39,312 nt of DNA from Armatimonadota bacterium (GTDB taxonomy: Bacteria > Armatimonadota > Fimbriimonadia > Fimbriimonadales > GBS-DC): assembly GCA_037444405.1 (NCBI GenBank), contig JBBIML010000025.1, forward strand, positions 1-39,312. Reading direction: 5' to 3'. Every line of letters starts with the position of its first letter. The stretch's first letter is position 1. This document shows positions 33,960 to 39,312 of this stretch, piece after piece. Position numbers and translations under genes: made by a program. Under the pieces are notes generated by a model that searched no databases, was not told the DNA's origin, and was given only the letters and a program-made list of their open reading frames with translations.

Positions 33960-35624
33960 CTAAGCCGCCTGGGGTATGGGTTCGTCGATATCGTCGGCGA
34001 CCACGCGCAGTACCTCTTCGAGGCTGGTGCGCCCCGCTTTGACCAGGCGCAGGGCGTCCTGATAGAGCGGCACCATGCCGTTGCGGATGGCAGCCTCGCG
34101 CAGGGTCGCCGACGGCTGATGGTGCATGATGCCGTGCCGGATGGCATCATCCACCTCCATCAGCTCCATAATCGCGCTGCGCCCGCGAAAGCCAGTGAAC
34201 TGGCAGCGGTGGCAGCCACGCGCGGTGTACACGGTACAGCCCTTGAGCATATCGGGCGTCAGGCGCAGACGGGCAAGCAGCTCCGCATCGGGTTCGGTCG
34301 GCTCGCGGCACTCGGAGCAGAGCAGGCGCACCAGCCGCTGCGACAGCACGCCCACCAGCGCGGACGCCAGCAGGAACGGCTCTACACCCATCTCGATCAG
34401 TCGCCCCGGCGCACCCGCCGCCTCGTTCGCGTGCAGCGTGGAGAACACCATATGCCCCGTGAGCGCCGCCTCCACCGCGATAACCGCCGTCTCCCGATCG
34501 CGAATCTCGCCCACCAGCACCACATCGGGGTCCTGACGCAGGATCGCCCGCAACCCGGTGGCGAAGGTCAGCCCCGCACGCGGATTAATGTTCGCCTGCA
34601 CGATGCCCGGCAACTGATATTCCACGGGGTCTTCAATCGTGATGATGTTGCGTTCGGGCGTGTTGAGATGGCTGAGCGCGGCATAGAGCGTGGTCGTCTT
34701 GCCTGAACCCGTCGGACCGCACACGATCAGCATGCCGTACGGACGCTCGATAATGCGCTTGAGGCGCGTTTTCTGCTGGGGTTCCAGCCCCAGCTTTTCC
34801 AGATCGAACCGCTCGGTCGATTTCTCCAGGATACGCAGCACCACTTTCTCGCCGTAGATGGAGGGATAGGTGGAGACGCGCAGGTCGTAGGCTTGCCCAC
34901 CGATGCGATAGGCGATGCGCCCATCCTGCGGCACGCGCTTCTCGGCGATGTCAAGGTTGGACATGATTTTGATTCGGGCGACGACGGCGTCGTGCAGTTC
35001 CTGCGGGATTTCGGAGGTTTCGCGCAGCACGCCGTCGATTCGCTCGCGCACGCGCGTGTGGTTCTCCAGCGGCTCGATATGCAGGTCGCTGGCGCGGTCG
35101 GCAATCGCGCGGTTGATAAGGGCTTCCACCAGACGGATGATGGAGGCGTCTTCCTCTTCGGCGGTGCGGATGCGCTGCACGACGCTGCGCACATCCTCGT
35201 CCAGCCCGTAGTAGCGCATGAGCGCGTCCTGAATCTGGGGTCGGGAGGCGACGGCGATGCTGATGTCGCGCCCGGTAGCGGCACGCAGGTCGTCCACCGC
35301 CACAATATCGGCGGGGTCCATCATCGCGACGACGAGCTGTGTGCCGTTGATGGCGATTGGCATCGCCTTACAGCGCAGGGCGACCTCGCGCGGCACCAGC
35401 GCCACCGCTTCGGGCTGAACCGTGAGCGTCTGGAAATCGAGCAGGGGCACGCCGTACATCAGGCTCAACGCCCGTGCGCGCGTGCGCTCATCAATCGCGC
35501 CGATGCGCACCAGATAGTCTTCAATTGGCTCCTGCAGGTCAGTGCGGGACGCTATTAGCTCGCCCAGCCGCTGCGCGTCCAGAATGCCCTCCTCAATCAG
35601 CACATCGGTGAATCGCCGAACCAT
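33960..35624 (-). CDS. pilB: Type IV pilus assembly ATPase (PilB/GspE)
   Basis: ASDLHIEP, PQDGR, GPTGSGKTTT, TIEDPVE, LRQDPDVVLVGEIRD, STLHAN, CSEC..CHRC. Confidence 0.93.
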   Translation of the reverse strand: MVRRFTDVLIEEGILDAQRLGELIASRTDLQEPIEDYLVRIGAIDERTRARALSLMYGVPLLDFQTLTVQPEAVALVPREVALRCKAMPIAINGTQLVVAMMDPADIVAVDDLRAATGRDISIAVASRPQIQDALMRYYGLDEDVRSVVQRIRTAEEEDASIIRLVEALINRAIADRASDLHIEPLENHTRVRERIDGVLRETSEIPQELHDAVVARIKIMSNLDIAEKRVPQDGRIAYRIGGQAYDLRVSTYPSIYGEKVVLRILEKSTERFDLEKLGLEPQQKTRLKRIIERPYGMLIVCGPTGSGKTTTLYAALSHLNTPERNIITIEDPVEYQLPGIVQANINPRAGLTFATGLRAILRQDPDVVLVGEIRDRETAVIAVEAALTGHMVFSTLHANEAAGAPGRLIEMGVEPFLLASALVGVLSQRLVRLLCSECREPTEPDAELLARLRLTPDMLKGCTVYTARGCHRCQFTGFRGRSAIMELMEVDDAIRHGIMHHQPSATLREAAIRNGMVPLYQDALRLVKAGRTSLEEVLRVVADDIDEPIPQAA

Positions 35625-35633
35625 CAGCAGAGA

Positions 35634-35662
35634 TTATCGGCAGAGCGCGCGATGGAGATTAG
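35634..35662 (-). promoter_or_regulatory. sigma28 (FliA/SigD)-like promoter
   Basis: CTAAT-N16-GCCGATAA, 9 nt before the pilB ATG. Confidence 0.6.
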
Positions 35663-35705
35663 ACACAGGCGCCGCAGGCGGCACAGGTGGTATACTCCAG
35701 CCGCT

Positions 35706-36788
35706 ATGCGAGCGCGTTCCCATCTGTGGCAGCTGGAGCCGTACCCGCCAGGCAAGCCGATAGAGGCGCTGAAGCGCGAGCTGGGACTGAGCGAGATTAT
35801 CCGCCTCGCGGCGAACGAGAACCCGCTGGGCGCCTCACCGCGCGTGCTGCAAGCCGTCCAGCAGTTTCTGCCGAACCTCCATCTCTATCCCGACGGCGCG
35901 TGCCAGCACCTGCGCCAGGCGCTGAGCGCGTTCTATAACCTGCCGCCCGACCATTTCGCCTTCGGCAACGGCTCCGACGAGCTGATCCACTTTCTGGGGC
36001 TTGCCTACCTCGAGCCAGGCGACGAGGTGATTGTGGCGAACCCGTCGTTCGTTCGCTATGATGCGACCGCATTGCTGAACAACGCCATTCTGCACCGTGT
36101 GCCCCTTACGCCCGACTATCGCCACGACCTGCCCGCGATGGGCGCAAAAGTGAACGAACGCACCAAACTGCTCTTTATCGCGAATCCGAACAACCCCACT
36201 GGCACGATCGTCTATCGTGCCGAGCTGGAGGAGCTGCTGAACGCGCTGCCCGCGCATGTGCTGGTGGTGCTGGATGAAGCCTACTTTGAATATGTGGACC
36301 ATCCTGACTATCCCGATGGTCTTGACTATGTGCGGGCGGGGCGGAATGTGGTGGTGCTGCGCACCTTCTCCAAAGCGTACGGGCTGGCGGGGCTGCGCAT
36401 CGGGTATGCGGTGGCTCGTCCAGAGATTCTGGAGCCGCTGGAGCGCGTGCGCGAGCCATTCAATGTGAACTCGGTCGCGCAGGTGGCAGCGGTGGCGGCG
36501 CTGGCGGATCAGGAGCATGTACGGCGCACGCGCGAGCTGAACCGTCAGGGGCTGCAGTTCTTCTATCACCTGTGCGAGCAGCTGGGGCTGTCCTATGTCC
36601 CATCGTGGGCGAACTTTGTGCTGATGGATGTGGGGCGCGATAGCCGCGAGGTGGCTGGCAAATTGCTTCGGCAGGGAATCCTGGTGCGCACGGGCGAGAT
36701 TTTCGGCATGCCGACCTTCCTGCGGGTCAACACGGGCACGCCCGAACAGAATGAGCGATTCGCTCACGCGCTCACAACCGCCCTCTGA
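35706..36788 (+). CDS. hisC: Histidinol-phosphate aminotransferase
   Basis: LAANENPLG, YPD, GNGSDE, NPNNPTG, DEAY, RTFSKAYGLAGLRIGY. Start ATG 35706. Confidence 0.95.
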   Translation: MRARSHLWQLEPYPPGKPIEALKRELGLSEIIRLAANENPLGASPRVLQAVQQFLPNLHLYPDGACQHLRQALSAFYNLPPDHFAFGNGSDELIHFLGLAYLEPGDEVIVANPSFVRYDATALLNNAILHRVPLTPDYRHDLPAMGAKVNERTKLLFIANPNNPTGTIVYRAELEELLNALPAHVLVVLDEAYFEYVDHPDYPDGLDYVRAGRNVVVLRTFSKAYGLAGLRIGYAVARPEILEPLERVREPFNVNSVAQVAAVAALADQEHVRRTRELNRQGLQFFYHLCEQLGLSYVPSWANFVLMDVGRDSREVAGKLLRQGILVRTGEIFGMPTFLRVNTGTPEQNERFAHALTTAL

Positions 36789-36812
36789 AACCGGCATGGT
36801 ATCCTTCTGACG

Positions 36813-37694
36813 ATGGGAACATACGCACGGGCTGGTGTTCTGAAGACCTACAAGCTGTTTATCAACGGTCAGTTTGTGCGCAGCGAGTCGGGTCGGGCGT
36901 TCGAGGTGCGCGACGCGCAGGGCGGCTTTCTGGCGAATGTGGCGCAGGCGTCCCGCAAAGACCTGCGCGACGCCGTGCAGGCGGCTCGCAAAGCGCAGTT
37001 CAGCTGGGCACAGCGAACCCCCTACAACCGCGGGCAGATCCTCTATCGCATCGCTGAGATGTTAGAAAGCCGACGCGAGGCGTTCGAACAGGAGATTGCG
37101 CTGGCGACGGGTGTTGCCCGCGCGGAAGCCGTGCGCGAGGTGGAGGCGAGCATCGACCGCTGGGTCCACTACGCGGGCTGGAGCGACAAGTGGAGCGCGC
37201 TGCTCTCCAGCCTGAACCCTGTCGCGATGCCGATGCATAACTTCACGCTGCCAGAGCCGGTGGGCGTGGTGGGGCTGGTCTGCCCCGATGATGCGCCGCT
37301 TGCCGCGCTCACCAGCCTGCTGGCGCCCGTGATCGTCAGCGGCAACACCGCCGTAGTGATTCTTTCCGAGCGCTACCCGACGGTCGGCTTGTCGTTCGCG
37401 GAAGTGCTGGAAACCTCCGATTTGCCGGCGGGCGTGGTGAACCTTTTGAGCGGCTATCGGGAGGAGCTGCTGCCGCACCTGTGCGCCCATGTGGAGGTGG
37501 ACGCACTCGATCTCTGCGGTGTGCCCGAAGAAGCGCGAGCGCCCTTCGAGACAACCGCTGCCGAAACGGTCAAGCGTCTCCATCACAGCCCGCGCCTGCG
37601 CCGCACCGAATGGTACAGCGACGCCGCGCAGGGGCTGGAATGGATTGAACCCTTCACCGAGATGAAGACCGTCTGGCATCCCATCGGATGGTGA
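36813..37694 (+). CDS. Short aldehyde dehydrogenase-family protein (NAD-binding half only)
   Basis: KTYKLFING.FVRSESGR, YNRGQILYRIAEMLE, EPVGVVG, LPAGVVNLLSG, KTVWHPIG; 293 aa, with no ELGGK or catalytic-Cys region. Confidence 0.85.
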   Translation: MGTYARAGVLKTYKLFINGQFVRSESGRAFEVRDAQGGFLANVAQASRKDLRDAVQAARKAQFSWAQRTPYNRGQILYRIAEMLESRREAFEQEIALATGVARAEAVREVEASIDRWVHYAGWSDKWSALLSSLNPVAMPMHNFTLPEPVGVVGLVCPDDAPLAALTSLLAPVIVSGNTAVVILSERYPTVGLSFAEVLETSDLPAGVVNLLSGYREELLPHLCAHVEVDALDLCGVPEEARAPFETTAAETVKRLHHSPRLRRTEWYSDAAQGLEWIEPFTEMKTVWHPIGW

Positions 37695-37698
37695 GGCG

Positions 37699-38184
37699 AT
37701 GCGCACCCGACTGCCCTATCTCATCGGCGCGATTGTGCTAATGTTGATTGCCCTGCGGATGGTTATCAATGTGGCAACGCCCCAGCCCGTCAGCCCGCAA
37801 AAGCGCATCCAGCAGATGTTCGAAGAGGGACGGCAAGCCTTCGAGCGTGAAGATGTGAACACGCTGATGGCGATGGTCGCCGACGACTTCGAGTGGAGCG
37901 GAATGCGCAAGGAGCAACTGCGCTACCAGCTGGCGAATTTTTTCAAAAATGCTGAAGCCCTGCGAGCGAGCTACACGCCACCCATCATCGAAGTGCGTGG
38001 CGACCGCGCGATTGCCCGCACGGAGGTGAAGGTCATGTGGAAAGACATCAACACCGAATCGCAGAGCGCGGGTCCGCTGGAGGTCGAGTTCCGCAAAGAG
38101 CATCGGCGCCGCTGGCTGATTATTCCGTATGAGGAGTGGAAGGTGGTCAAAATCAGCGGGCTGGAGCCAGGCTGGATGGAATAA
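37699..38184 (+). CDS. Membrane-anchored NTF2/SnoaL-like protein
   Basis: N-terminal TM, AFEREDVNTLMAMVADDF, IEVRGDRA, WKV. Confidence 0.7.
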   Translation: MRTRLPYLIGAIVLMLIALRMVINVATPQPVSPQKRIQQMFEEGRQAFEREDVNTLMAMVADDFEWSGMRKEQLRYQLANFFKNAEALRASYTPPIIEVRGDRAIARTEVKVMWKDINTESQSAGPLEVEFRKEHRRRWLIIPYEEWKVVKISGLEPGWME

Positions 38185-38200
38185 CGCCCAGTCTGACATG

Positions 38201-38225
38201 TGGAGTGCTGAAGCGCAGCTTCAGC
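38201..38225. repeat. REP-like hairpin (GGAG-footed)
   Basis: TGGAGT-GCTGAAGC-GCA-GCTTCAGC; homologous to 19830-19854. Confidence 0.6.
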
Positions 38226-38245
38226 GGGGGTCTTCGCAAGAAACC

Positions 38246-39070
38246 ATGAGAGAGCTGGATCAGGAGCTGAGGCAGAAGTATGAGCGGTTGTGCGCGATCC
38301 TGCGCGAGATGGGCAGCGTGGTCATCGGGCTATCGGGCGGCGTGGACAGCACGCTGCTGGTCAGGGTCGCGCACGAGGTGCTGGGCGAGCGCTGCCTGGC
38401 GGTGATCGGCGAGTCGGAGGCGTTCCCGGAAGGCGAGATTGAAGAGGCGAAGCACCTCGCCGAGCAGATGGGCGTGCGCGTGCGAATCGTGCGCACCCAC
38501 GAGCTGAGCAATCCGCTGTTCAGCGTTAATCGTCCCGACCGATGCTATCATTGCAAGACGGAGCTGTTCAGCATCTTGCGGCGCGTCGCTGATGAGGAGG
38601 GCATCGACTGGATTGCCGACGGCTCCCATCTGGACGACACGGGCGATTATCGCCCCGGCATGCAGGCGGCAGTGGAGCATGGCGTGCGCTCACCGCTGGT
38701 GGAGGCGGGACTGCGCAAAGCCGACATCCGTGAGCTGGCGCGTGCGCTAAGACTGCCCATCTGGGATAAACCCTCTTTCGCCTGCCTGTCCAGCCGATTC
38801 CCTTACGGCATGCCCATCACACGCGAACGGCTGATGCAGGTCGATCGGGCGGAACGGTCCCTGCGTGAGCTGGGCTTCCGTCAGGTGCGGGTGCGCCATC
38901 ACGACACCATCGCTCGTATCGAGGTGCCGCCCGACGACTTCCCGCGCCTGCTGGAACATGCGAGCGCGATCGTTGCCCATCTCAAATCGCTGGGCTACCT
39001 CTATGTGGCGCTTGATCTGGAGGGCTACCGTAGCGGCAAGATGAACGATGTGTTGAGGCTCCGTCGCTAA
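38246..39070 (+). CDS. larE: ATP-dependent sulfur transferase LarE
   Basis: SGGVDS PP-loop, RCYHCK, DYRPG, KPSFACLSSRFPYG, QVRVRHH, LDLEGYRSG. Start ATG 38246. Confidence 0.93.
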   Translation: MRELDQELRQKYERLCAILREMGSVVIGLSGGVDSTLLVRVAHEVLGERCLAVIGESEAFPEGEIEEAKHLAEQMGVRVRIVRTHELSNPLFSVNRPDRCYHCKTELFSILRRVADEEGIDWIADGSHLDDTGDYRPGMQAAVEHGVRSPLVEAGLRKADIRELARALRLPIWDKPSFACLSSRFPYGMPITRERLMQVDRAERSLRELGFRQVRVRHHDTIARIEVPPDDFPRLLEHASAIVAHLKSLGYLYVALDLEGYRSGKMNDVLRLRR

Positions 39071-39099
39071 AGGCGCATCCGCTCCAGCCGCATCGTTCT

Positions 39100-39312
39100 T
39101 TATTCCACTCCAGCGAAAATCTCGCGAACGGGGAGCGTGAAGCCTGACAGCACAGGCTCACCCGTCAAGGTGTCCGCCTCACGCAAAATCACCACCGGCT
39201 TGTCGGGCTGATACACCTCCACCACGCGCCGCTGAGGGTCGATCACCCAGATGACCTTCACGCCCGCATAGAGCCATTCGTCCACCTTCTCCCGCAACGC
39301 GCTGTACGAATC
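39100..39312 (-). CDS. Uma2 family endonuclease (3' part; truncated by window edge)
   Basis: EKVDEWLYAGVKVIWVIDP..VEVY..LTGEPVLSGFTLPVREIF. Confidence 0.88.
   Translation of the reverse strand, partial: DSYSALREKVDEWLYAGVKVIWVIDPQRRVVEVYQPDKPVVILREADTLTGEPVLSGFTLPVREIFAGVE

Noticed and set aside
39100..39312. Uma2 gene as part of a defence or mobile element
   Set aside because: Truncated by the window edge; Uma2 paralogues are commonly dispersed and no supporting context is visible.

Overview
GC-rich, gene-dense chromosomal segment of a diderm bacterium, most likely Armatimonadota (Fimbriimonadia-like). That assignment is an inference from the C-terminal dockerin-like 'GDVDxxGCVDDxDLLxVLFxFG...GC' domain, a PEP-CTERM protein and LptC/LptA-like genes. 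About 37 CDSs are supported. They cover housekeeping (lysS, argS, hisC, citrate/methylcitrate synthase, larE), envelope and surface proteins (LptC/LptA-like, GT2, GHL10 hydrolase, lytic transglycosylase, PEP-CTERM, dockerin-tailed and lipoprotein surface proteins, an ABC-2 exporter), motility (fliL, pilB/pilC-like), an M16 peptidase pair, an orphan NurA-like nuclease, a truncated ALDH and a partial Uma2 gene. No rRNA, tRNA, CRISPR array, integrase or transposase is visible. Most of the unexplained structure is intergenic: (i) a recurring GCAGGA-N17/18-GAAT-type (SigH/Spo0H-like) promoter motif in seven intergenic regions; (ii) -10 boxes placed 6-10 nt before start codons, suggesting pervasive leaderless mRNAs; (iii) a perfect sigma54 site before the PEP-CTERM gene and a sigma28-like site before pilB; (iv) three different families of REP/boxC-like palindromes; (v) an exact 27-bp duplication of the lysS 3' end; (vi) two long hairpin-rich leader or ncRNA candidates. 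Among the proteins, a Tat-signal-bearing GatC/AtzG-like mini-subunit coupled to a signal-less amidase suggests piggy-back Tat export.
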